From Lama guanicoe (lineage: Eukaryota): a DNA stretch of 64,000 bases. Positions 23,701 to 35,700 of this stretch are shown in pieces (the stretch's first letter is position 1; the number at the start of each line of letters is the position of its first letter). Both the position numbers and the translations under genes were made by a program. Where the stretch lies: assembly GCA_013239625.1 (NCBI GenBank), contig MU054117.1:5173514-5237513 (forward strand), in the 5' to 3' direction. Under the pieces are notes generated by a model. It ran no database searches. It saw only the letters and a list, made by a program, of their open reading frames with translations, and was not told the origin of the DNA.

Positions 23701-26700
23701 AGATGGAGAAAACCTCACAGAAACCCACAGCTCTTAGTTCTGTTTGCACCCAGGTTGGATAGCACCTGTTGATGGACAGTGTGACACTCTCCTTAGGGAT
23801 GTTTATAGTTTTAAAGACTTACCTGAAGATGGAAGCACGAGGGACTCACAGCCTCCCAGGAAGTGCGGTAGAGCCTTGGGTTAGTTCCTTGGGGATGGAG
23901 TGACTGAGGGGTTCCTGCCCTTCCCTACCCCCAGGTCTGTGACGATGAATGGCATCACTACGCCTTGAACCTCGAGTTCCCCACGGTCACACTCTATGCT
24001 GATGGCATCTCCTTTGACCCTGCCCTCATCCACGACAATGGTCTCATCCACCCGCCCCGAAGGGAGCCTGCGCTCATGATTGGGGCCTGCTGGACTGGTA
24101 AGTGCCCTCCAACTTCTCCGTGGGGACACTGATGGTTGGCACCTCCAGTGGTTGATGGAGGAGCAAGGGCAGCTCGACCTCCTGTGTGCAGCTCCCTGCA
24201 GCTGGGCAGGGAGACCCCAGCCCCTTGTGTCTCCCACCTATTCGACTGCTCATCGCCTCTGACGTGGAGGAATTTCCTGCTCAGCCATCACCAGGATCTC
24301 TCTTTCTGTAACCTCAGCCATTTCCCTCTTTGTTGCTTCCCAGTGGTAATAACTTCCACAGCCCATTCCCCTACCGGAGGGCAACAACCCTTACGAGAGT
24401 CCTCATTCTTCCCACTTTTAAGCTATTTTTTTCATTTTTTTTCCCTCTGGGAACTTGCATGTATGTGTATGTAGTGTGTGTGTGTGTGTGTGTGTGTGTG
24501 GTGTATGTATGTGGTGTATGTGTGTACGTGGTGTGTATGTGTATGTAGTGTGTGTATGTATATGGTGTGTGCGTGGGGTGCGGTGTGTATGTATGTGGTG
24601 TATGTGTACGTGTGGTGTGTCTGGTGTGTGTGTGTGGGGGGTCTTACCAGAGCCCTTGTATTTTGTCAGAAGCCTATCCAGGGTTTGCCTGTAACAGAGG
24701 CCAGAGAGGCTGAGACCTGACAACTCAGCGAAGAGGTCCAAGTCCTACGTGGGCAGGGGCAGAGCCAGGGAGACCTCCCCTTCCTCTCTGTCCATCTGTC
24801 CCCTCATGCCTGAGCTCACTGGCACTTTTTTCTCCCAGAGGAGAAGAACAAAGAGAAGGAAAAGGGAGGAGACAACAGTACGGACGCCACACCAGGTACC
24901 CGAGGGTCAGACGTGGAGGCGGGAGAGGTCACATGTCGGCTTTCTGCTCCTCGCTCCCCGTCCGCGCCGTCGGGTCGGGCCTGGCTGTTAGCGCCTGGCC
25001 CGCCCACCAGGGGGCAGAGCCTCCCAGAAGCACCGCCAGGCAGGCTCTCCCTGGGAAACGCGCGGCCGGATGGAGCTGGCGGGGCGCCCGGGGTCCTTTC
25101 CTACCTAAGAGTGAAGTAAAGGGGCTGTCAGGCCGGCTTTCCCGGTCGCAGAGCGCAGGAGGCAGCGTCAGGCCCGCGGCAGGGAGATCTGGGCATCCGT
25201 GAAGCTCACACGCATTCTTCCCAGGGCTCCCTGCATGCACCGTGTAGACCCCTCCCTGGTCTCCTCCTTTCCCACCTTGGGTCACCTCTACCTCCTTTGG
25301 TTCTGCTGTCCTTCTTCCCTTTTTCCCTCTGCCGAAGCCTTATCGTTCCGTTATTTCTGTTTTTCACCTCCCCTCCCCTCGGCCGGTTTTATTCTGCCTT
25401 CTGTTCTCTCCCTCTGCTTGCTCGCTCTCCCCTTGGCTTCGCTTCCCTCTCCATCTTTCCTTCTTTGCATTTCCACCTTTCCGCTCCCTTACTCAGGCCT
25501 TCAGCTCTCTCTCTCTCTCTCTCAGCCCCCTTTCCTTGTGCCATCTCTCCTCCCTTGTCGCCTCCGCTCACCACCCGTCCGCCCCTGTGTTCCTGCCCTA
25601 GGAGACCCCTTGCCGATCCACCACTACTTCCACGGCTACCTGGCTGGTTTCAGCGTGCGCTCAGGCCGCCTGGAGAGCCGTGAGGTCATCGAGTGCCTCT
25701 ATGCATGTCGGGAGGGGCTGGACTATAGGGATTTCGAGAGCCTGGGCAAAGGCATGAAGGTATTGCCCCTTCCTCTAGCCCCCTCCCTCCAGGCCTGCCC
25801 CCGGCCCCAGCCCTTCCCCTCCCCCCCAGCCCCACCTCTGCTCCCTTCCCCTCCGCCTCCGGTCTTGCCTCCCGGTCCAGCTCTCAGCCTTGTCTGTGTC
25901 TGGGGCCCAGGTCCACGTGAACCCCTCGCAGTCCCTGCTCACCCTGGAGGGGGATGATGTGGAGACCTTCAACCATGCCCTGCAGCATGTGGCTTACATG
26001 AACACTCTGCGCTTTGCCACGCCGGGCGTCAGGCCCCTGCGCCTCACCACTGCCGTCAAGTGAGTGTTGGGTGGGCGGGCGAATCACAGAACAGAGCCAG
26101 ATAGTGTCAGAACTCCTCGGCCTTGGATACCACCTACGGCTAGGCACACCTCCCTCATTTTAAGGGTGGAAAACTGACCTGCCCAACTGACACAGCCTTA
26201 CTGATGGAAGAGCCTGGACTAGACCCTGATTTTCCCACAACCAACTCATTACTCTTTCCGCTAAAGCACACGTCCAGTGTTTGGGAGTTTTAATCTCCCA
26301 GCCTCTATGCTGATATGTAAAGTGGGACAGAAGAGGGTACTGGATTGGGAGCCAGGAGACCTGACACTAATTCTGACTCAGTACTAATTGCCTGGATGAC
26401 CTTGGGCAAATAGCTGTAGTTGCTTGAGTCATCAAGTTCTCGCAAGGTCCAACAGGATGACCTGAGTCTGTGGGTTGGCAGCCTGAGGCCCTCTGTGTCA
26501 AATCTGGCCTGCTGCCTGTTTTTGTAAGTAAAGTTTTATTAGAACACAGCCTGCCTGCTCATTTGCATATTGTTTATGGAAATGAGCTGCTTTCGCCCAA
26601 TGATGGCAGGGCTGAGTAGCTGGGACAGACGCTGTATGGCCCCCTAAATCAAAAATATTTACTGTCTGGCCATTCATTGAAAACATATGCTAACTTTGAA

Positions 26701-29700
26701 TTCTAAGCGAACAATTTTGAATTCTTCAAAAGAAAAATCGTGTATTACTTCAAGGTTTAAGTATATTAGGTGTTTAAAAATACAAATTGATTGAGAGGTA
26801 GTGAAAGCATCATAGTTACTAGCTTTTTAGCGCTGAGCAAATGCCGTAAAGCAGGGGTAACAATAGAATCTAACTCATGGAATTGTTGTGAGAATAAATG
26901 ATGTCATCCAGATCAAACGCCCGGTGGAGTGTCCCTTCTGCAAACTTCGGCTCCTATTATGTGAAGGCGTTTTTGACCTCTTATCATGTTTATGGGGCAG
27001 TTTTTAGGAGAAGCTGGCATCTAGTAGGTGGATCACACAGTGTAGGGGTCAGGTTTCCTGAGTCCAGGTTCCCTTCTCCCCTCATCTGCCTCAGTTTCTC
27101 CAAAAGCTGTCTGAAGAGAGGCTCTCCGACTTGCCCCTGTCCTGGCAGGGGTGGGTTTGGAGCATAGAGGGCTCTGAGCCCTGGGCAGTGACTGGGCTGG
27201 ATCATCAGGCCTGGCGATTGGAGCTGAGGAGGGCAGGGGCAGGGCCTTTGGGAACTAGGCTGCTGGTCCGTGGCGTGGTCGCAGTGTGAAGCTGAAGGCC
27301 ATGGGCAGATGAGGTCATAGGGGTGCAGATCAGCGCTGAGGATGTGCCCCACCATGTTCTAGTCAGAACTCTGGCTATTTTGGGTGGGGGGAGGGTGTAG
27401 CGCATGCTTAGCATGCACAAGGTCCTGGGTTCAATCCCCAGTACCTCCATTAAAAAAAAAATAAACAAATAAACCTAATTACTTCCCCCCAAAAAAGAAT
27501 TAAAAAAAAAAAAAACTCTAGCTTTTAAAGGGCTTTCATTTGGCTCAGGGACCAAGGAATTGCCTCAACCCTCAGGAGCCATCTCAGAAGGAGGGCTCTG
27601 CCTTCTGGCTCAGAGTGGGGCGCTGCAAGCGGCACCCCACAAGGGGGGAGGTGACACCCTCTTTGTTGCCTGGCTCATCTGAAGTCCTCCTACCTCTTTC
27701 CTGCCCAGGGAGGAGGCTTACCCAAGGGCTAGCAGCCTGACGCGGGTCCTTCAGTAGAGGGAAGGGGCCATTTTCCTTTATGAGATTAAGAGAGAGGGAG
27801 GTCTCCTTCCTCCGTTTCAGGGCTGCCATGTGGTTCGTGTTACGATAACACTTCCTTGAGGTCGCAGGAGAACATGTAGCAGGATGTGTGTGTGTGTGTG
27901 TGAGAGAGAGAAACAGGGAGAGACAGATACCAGCAGCACCTCCCTTCCTCTGACGGATCTCCATTTTGTTTTTGTTTTGGTGGGGGAGGGGGAAGGTAGC
28001 TAGGCTTATTTACTTCTTATTATTTTTCTGACGGAGGTGCTGGGGATCGAACCCAGGACCTCATGCAGGCTAAGCAGGCGCTCTACCGCTGAGCTAGACC
28101 CTCCTGCCTCTGAAGCATTTCCTCGCCCTGGTCCGTGTGGCTTCCCCCAGCTTCCACTGTTCTTCCCGCGTTCAGTGTTCCAATGTTCAGTTTTTGGACT
28201 TCTGTCCATTTAAAGCCGGATTTATACAATTATTTAGTCAATGCAGGTTTCCCCTAAGTGTTGTTTTGTTTTTTAAACCTCTTTTTTGAACTCTTAGGTT
28301 CTTAGAAAGCCCATGTACTCATGCCATCGGCCCCTGGACAGGTGGCTGCCACGTCTTTTTCTCTAGCTTTGTTCTCTTTCCCCAGCTCTACCTGCTGAAT
28401 TTCTACCTGCCTGCTATAACCTCTATCTAGGAGTTCTGCCAGCACCTCAGATAAACGAGCTAAAGCTGAAATAATGAGCCCCGATGCCCGAACTTGTCCT
28501 CTCCCTGAATTCTCTGCTTCCATAATGGTGACTTTGTCCTTGCAATCACCCAGACTTATAGCCTCTGAGTCATCTTTGATTCCGCCCTGTCTTTTTTTTT
28601 TTTTTAATATTAAAAAAATTTTTTAAATGGAGGTACTGGGGATTGAACTCAGGACCTCATGCATGCTAAGCTCATGCTCTACCGCTGGGCTATACCCTCC
28701 CCCCGGATTCCTCCCTGTCTTCACCCTCCACGCCCCACCACTGGCCAGGTCACCTAGATCCCGCTCTGTGCCTGTATCTGGAATCTGTCCCCTCTTTTGC
28801 TATTTCTGCTGTTATGACTCCAGCAGGCCCTTACTGCCTGTCCCCTGGCCTGTTGCTAGTAGCCTTCTAACTAGCCGACTATCTCTAGTGTTCTAACTTC
28901 AGCTTGGCCTCCACCCTGAGGCTAGGTTAGTGATCCTAAACCAGAATTTTCATCCTCACACTTCCCTGCTGAAGAAGACATCAGCGGTTCCTTCTTGCCC
29001 ACCGCACAGCAGTTGCACTCAAAGCCCTCCATCGTCTGGCCCGGCCTTTCCTCCTCTTGCCTTAGCAGACTCCTCACCCTCCACTCTGGGCTCAGCCTTC
29101 TACCCTCCTTCAATCACCAGCTCACTTGCTACTTTTCTTGATCGTTCCTAACCTCTCTTGCCAAAAGCCCCACTCCCATCCTAGCCGGAAATAACCTCTC
29201 CTTCTCTGGACTCTCATGGGCTTGTTTGTTCCACTCCTGTGATGCTGACCGTATTGGCCCTTGTTTTAACATTTGTGTTCCAGCCCTGGTCTCTTGACCA
29301 GGTCATTAGTGCCTTCGGGGCTGGGCCAGCCCCCGGCCCCCTCTGGGTCTCCCTTGGATTGCCTGCCACAGGGGGGAGGTCTGTTGGAGCCTGTGCTGGG
29401 ATTACATCCCAAGAGGCTTTGAGCTGGGCTTTTCTGAATGACCGTGGGTGTGGTGCCCTCAGGAGCTCTGAGCTCTTGGTACCTGCTGAGTTTACTCCTT
29501 CGCCTTTCGGATCTGGGCCTTCTTGGTAACGCGGGTAAGAGTACTTTCAGCACAGTCATTTCGGTTAACACAGACGTGTGGACCACAGACCCCGCTCCCG
29601 GATCACCGCCTCCCCTGTGAGGACTGCTTGTTCGAGGCGGCACTTCTTCATAAACAGATTTGACTCGTGCAAACCCAGGCCCCACGTGGTGGCTGTGCTT

Positions 29701-32700
29701 TAGCGGGAAGATCGTGGGTTGGAATGGGAAGAATGGGTTTCAACCCAGACCAGGACGCATGTTTCTTGTGTGACCAAGATGCTTGACCCAAGAGCTTTGG
29801 TTTCTTATCCATATCCCAACAGCAGTGAAAGAAAGTTCAATAAAATAATATGGGCAAAATGCTGCATGAACCAGCACGGGCTGTGAGAATGTTCGGCTGG
29901 AGGCAACTCCGGGAGCGTGTTCCTCGGCGGCTGTGCTGATGGTCATGCCGGGCTGGCTGCGTTCTCTGGGGAGGGTGTGTCTGACACCAAGGTCAGTGAG
30001 GCTTCATGGGACAGTGGATGTAGGTCCAAGGGGGTCAGATCAGGTCACCTACCGAAGTGCGTTTCCCTGATATTGAAGGGAGCAAATGGAAGACACATCA
30101 AGGAAGAGGACACCCTTTGATAAGCTCCCCCTGAGCCCCACTCTGGTTGAATACTTTTTTGGCGTGTATCTACCAGATGCTGTACTGAACATGCTTTTTT
30201 TTTTTAAACCTCTTGTGTGAAGAACTGTGTATGTCTGTACATTTCTGTAAGTTCAGTTTGTAAAATAACAGTTTGATAGACATTCCGTAAGCTTAGGGTG
30301 GGGCATTGGTGATGTCATCACCCCTGTAGGTCAGGGCTGCCTGACCTTCTGTCCCCGAGTCTTCCCTGCAGCAGCATCTTCCCGGGAAATGGTGTCTCCC
30401 CCTCCAGCTTTGCTCTTGGGGGGTGTGGTCTTGCAGAGACACTATCCCCCTTTCCTCCCTTCTCTCACTGATGTGGGGTGCTCTCTGTAGAGGTGGAGGT
30501 CCAGAGTGGTGGACAGAATCTAGGTTAAGGGCAGGGTGATGGAGTCACAGGCTGCCTCTCTCCTTGCTTCTCCTAGGTGCTTCAGTGAAGAATCCTGTGT
30601 CTCCATCCCTGAAGTGGAGGGCTACGTGGTGGTGCTTCAGCCCGACGCCCCCCAGATCCTGCTGAGTGGCACTGCTCATTTTGCCCGCCCAGCGGTGGAC
30701 TTTGAGGGACCTGAAGGCGTCCCTTTGTTCCCTGATCTTCAAATCACTTGCTCCATCTCTCACCAGGTGGAGGCCAAAAAGGATGAGAGTTGGCAGGGCA
30801 CAGGTAAGGATGACCCCAGGGAGTGATGCCACTCAGAGGAGAGGTCCGCGTCTGGAATCAGAATGAAGGAGAAAATCTGAGACTGGCTGTCATCCTGCAT
30901 TCACTTGACTAGAACCACTGACCCCTAGGAAGGAGAGCTAGTGGGAGGCCGTGGGTGGAAGGAAGGGGTTGGCTCATGATGTTCTTGGAAATGATGCTGA
31001 CAGCTCTCAGGGGATGACCCTGGAAGGGGAGAGAGTGGCCCTTGAGCTCTGACCTAGATCCCAACTCCCTCCCACCAGTGACGGACACACGCATGTCAGA
31101 TGAGATCGTGCACAACCTGGACGGCTGTGAGATTTCTCTGGTGGGCGATGACCTGGACCCCGAGCGGGAGAGCCTACTCTTGGACACGGCGTCCTTGCAG
31201 CAGCGAGGCCTGGAGCTCACCAACACGTCCGCCTACCTCACCATTGCCGGTCAGTGGGCCCCGAGAGCCTGTCCTCTTTCCTTGTCTGAGCCCCTCCCTG
31301 TGGTCAAGGACCTGGGAAGCCTGAAGGGATGCGTCCAAGCGCCACCTTGCACCCTCCCAGCCTGGAAGAGCCTCTGGCTTCCAGATCGCCCTTAGAGGCG
31401 GTGGCTGGGGTTTAGGTTCCCAGTGGTTCTTTCCCCAGCTTCTCTCTCCAGACTGGCTCATCTCCCCTCCAGGCTCCACTCTTGCTTTGCTCAGTCTCTG
31501 ACTAGCTTTCCAGTCCTCTAGCCATATGGGACTCATGACCTTCTCTGTCTTCCGTCTCGCTCATCTCATGGACACAGCCTAGCTTTAAGTCAAGTGCTCA
31601 TCTCTTAGTGAATGGTTGTAATGACCTGGTAGCTTCCCAAGGAAGCCTGCTCTTCTCCGAAGGACCCTCCACTGGGGAGAATAGGAGAAGGTGGAATGAC
31701 CAGTGCCCTCCTGTTTCCATTTCCTTCCAGACAGACCCTCATCGAGGACTTCTGTGTTTTCCCCTCTCTGTTTCTGCCCTGCTGTCCCTACCTCTGTCTT
31801 GCAGGTTGTCCCTGTCTCCTCTCCATCCCTCCCAAGAAGGCAGAGCTCTGAGGTGGGGTGGGGGCAGAGCTGGAATCAGAGCCTGGGTTGCTTTATCTCA
31901 GTCAGGCAGAGCTGTGGGGATGTGGGGGGCAATAGAGGGGAGCACCTCTCCTTCTGAGAACTGAGAACCTGTTGTGTGGTGTCAGCTGGTGGGAGGCTGG
32001 GAGACAGGGTCCTGCCCTGGGCCCCTTCGCTGGCTTCTGCTCTGAGCTGCCTCCTGCTCCCTAGGGGTGGAGAGCATCACTGTGTATGAAGAGATCCTGA
32101 GGCAGGCTCATTATCGGCTGCGACACGGAGCTGCCCTCTATGCCAGGAAATTCCGGCTCTCCTGCTCAGAAATGAATGGGCGTTACTCCAGCAATGAATT
32201 CATCGTGGAGGTACCCAGAGGGTCTCCTTCCTCCCAGAGCTACCCCTGTGGCGAGGAGCAGGGCTGAGTGGACTGAACCCTCTGTGGGTGGGGATGGAAG
32301 GCAGAGTGAGGCAGGGGTGAAGAGATGGGCCCTGGAAGGGTGGAGTAGGACTGGGGAGAGGCGCCCACTGAGCCTGCCCTCTCCCCAGGTCAGCGTCCTG
32401 CACAGCATGAACCAGGTCGCCCACCCCAGCCACATGCTCAGCTCCCAGCAGTTCCTGCACCGCGGTCACCAGCCCCCGCCTGAGATGGCTGGACATAGCC
32501 TGGCCAGCTCCCACCGAAACTCCAGTACGTAAGGCTGTGAGGGGCCAGCAGGGCGGGCGGGTGGAGGCAGTGGGCTGGGAGCCTCCCCACCCCCATTCCT
32601 GATGGAGAATGTGAGCCTTGTGTGATCACAGGGGCATTCGTGCCCTGGACCGTAGTCAGTGTGGGTTTAGCCACCCTTCCCCAACAATATCAAGTTAGCC

Positions 32701-35700
32701 CAGGACCTAGGATCCTCGATGGTAAAGCTATCAAGTATGTATTAAGCACCTACTGTGTGCTAACACTGTCCTAAAGTACTATTAGGAATACAAAAGAATT
32801 GCAGGATAGAGACACTGCCTGTCCTCAAGGAGGAAGTTGTTACTATATATGTAATTATGTGCTATCTATAAACTCATAGGACTTTCTTTTATTTAATTTT
32901 TTTGGGGGGCTAATTAGGTTATTTATTTACTAAGGGAGGTTCTGGGGACTGAACCCAGGACCTCATGTGTGCTAAGCATGTGCTTTACCGCTGGGCTATA
33001 CCCTCCCCCCATAAGACTATTTCTAAAACAAAAGATGCAAAGATGCAAAGTGCTACATCCAGATGGAGTGCGGCCCTTCAAAACAGTCTCGTTCCCTGGC
33101 CGTGGTGGTTTACTGGTGATACAATTTTTAATTCACAATTTCAGAGCTGCTTAATTATAGAAAGACTAGAAGCCATCAGTATAAGGAAGAACAGTCAGCC
33201 ATAATTCCACTACGACTGGCTGCCATTCATATGATATATTTATTATGTACCGGGTTTTGTCTATGCCTGTCTTAGTTTTTTTTTTTCTTTTAACAAAGTT
33301 GGGATCAAACTGTTTTGTCACCAGGTATTTACACCGAATATCATGAAATGAGTCTTCTCTCACATTGTTAACACTGGTGAAATGATTCTGAGGTTGCTGA
33401 AAAGGATTTTTGGAATCTCTTTTTGGAATTGCTTTCGAAGTCAATTTATGAGATGCATTTATTTTTGTGACCTTCGAGACACACCTTGCTTTTGGCCCAG
33501 TTCAGGATTACCCAACTTCAGCAGCCACTTTTGTCAGAGTTGTCTCTTGACAGCATTTTGTTTTTAAACATAAAACCCAATGTCAAAGGACAGAGATTTG
33601 TCGCAAAAAAAAAAGTCTAAAGGTGTATTGTGGGCTCTGAAGGCAATTCCCTAAGGAGTTCTAAAAGTATTTTCTTGGAAGTTCATAGTCACTGAACTCT
33701 GCCCTGAAACAACAGCGCTCACATCAACCATGTAACAATAAGAGTAGTGATTACATCGGTGTGCCAGGAGCCACGTGCGTGGGCCTCACGCCAGCTCACC
33801 AGTGACTCATTACAGACAACAAATGAAATAGATACTAGAATTACCCCCTCTAAAGGCAAGGTCATGGAGGCCCAGAGAGGTTAAGGACCTTATCCAAGAT
33901 CACACAGCTAGAAAGTGGTGGAGCCAGGATTCAGATCCATGCACAGGCTTCCAGAGCCCACACGCTGACCGGCACTCTCCGTGCCCTCTCTGTTTGTGTT
34001 TGATGCTTAAAAAGAAAAAGTTCATTATTTTACAGTTGCACCTAATTTGGGGGAGCTCCTGAGGGCTCCCCAGGACATCTTTGACTGAGGCTAGCTCCCT
34101 GGTGCCCCCAGGATTCGGTTTGGTTTCCTCTCCAAGGGCTGCGGCCAGCACGGCCCTGTCTCTTGTATTTCCTTTTCCCAGGGACTGGCTCCCCTCTCCC
34201 TTGCTCTCTCTGAAAACAACTGCAGAGGCCTTTCTAAGTGTTTTCCTGTGATTCCTGCAGCAAAGCAGGTGGCAGCAGGGGTGAAGAGGGAGCCTAAGGC
34301 ATTACCAAGTTGCAAAGGTTCACGGATGCTTCACACCATCTTTAGAGATGTGTGAGCAAACGGAGCCTGTTTTTGTTAAAGAGCCCAGCTTTTCTCCCCC
34401 CGTCGTGGTTCCCTCGCTCCTTCTCCAGTTCCCTCCTTGGGAGTCATCCTACTCAGCCTTGTCTGGGTTGGATATTGGGTCCTGCCACTCAGAGTAGGGT
34501 CAAGGTGGGTCCAGGTTGGCCTTGCTGCTGGGCCTGAGGGAATTCTCAGTCCTTATTTTCTCTGGTGTGAGGGCCCCGAGGAGGGAGTCCACATTCTAAC
34601 TGCCCCAGAGCTTCCTCTCCTGAGCTCCCAGCTGCCCTGCGCTGGCTGGCCTGGCCGGCCGAGGGTCTCACCCTCATTTCCTGGAGCTGCCTAGGGGGTG
34701 CTCCGGGTTTGTAAGCCCTGCCCTTGGCTTCACTGCCCTCCTGGCCTCTCCGTCCACTGTCCTGAGCTGCCATCCAGGCCAACCCAGCTTGCTCTGAGAT
34801 TCCCATGGAGGGCCGCTGCCTGCTTTTGCTTTTCCCCTGATTTTGGCCCAAGTAAGGGAGAGTTCATAGTTCCCCCTGAGGGCCCTGGTGACTGACATCT
34901 CCCGAGCTTACCAGGAGATCACCGCATAAAACCCCTTCCACCTGCCTTTTCAGACTCTTCAAGACGCTCCCTCCATACCCGTCCCAACACCCAAGAGTGG
35001 AGTCACAGGGCTATGGCTTTGCAGTTTCAAATCACTCTGCCCATGCAGAAGAGTAAGCAGATAGAACCCCCTCTGATGAGAAGGGGTTCGTTTCTCCGAA
35101 GCCCCTAAGTGCACCAGAAAAGGGAGATCAGTGTGAGCTGGGACAGCCAGCCAGGGCTTGACGGTCTTGCAGTGCATTCAGAGCTTAAGCTTGGACCTCG
35201 AGGGGTCGAAGGGAGTTTGGATGGACTTGCAAGACAATGACAGTTTGAGAGTTAGGGGTGGGTGGTTGGCAGGGTCGGGGGCTGTGGTTTCTGTTTAGGG
35301 AGAATGAGGCTGAGAAGGGCGAGATGATGGAGACATTATTTATCCGGTCATCCCAAACTCGGATGCACATCCGAATTGCCTGGGGAGAAGTAAAAACGCT
35401 TGGTGCCTAGGCTACACCCTACACCAGTTAAATCAGAACGTCTCGGGGTGGGGAGCCAGGCATCAGTGGGTTGTAAAAGTCCTCTGGTGATTTCAATGTG
35501 CAACAAAGTTTGAAATCAGTTCCCTACTTTGTCACCTACAAGCATCTGAGACTTTGTGGCAAGACCTACAGTGCAATAAGGTAAAAACAGAAAGTGAATT
35601 AGGAAGCAGGGAGGAAAGGATGATGATGTAAGAGGAAGACAAAGCGTGGCAACAAGTCAGCTGATAACATAGGTGCTGAGATACTGTGCGTTGTTAGAGT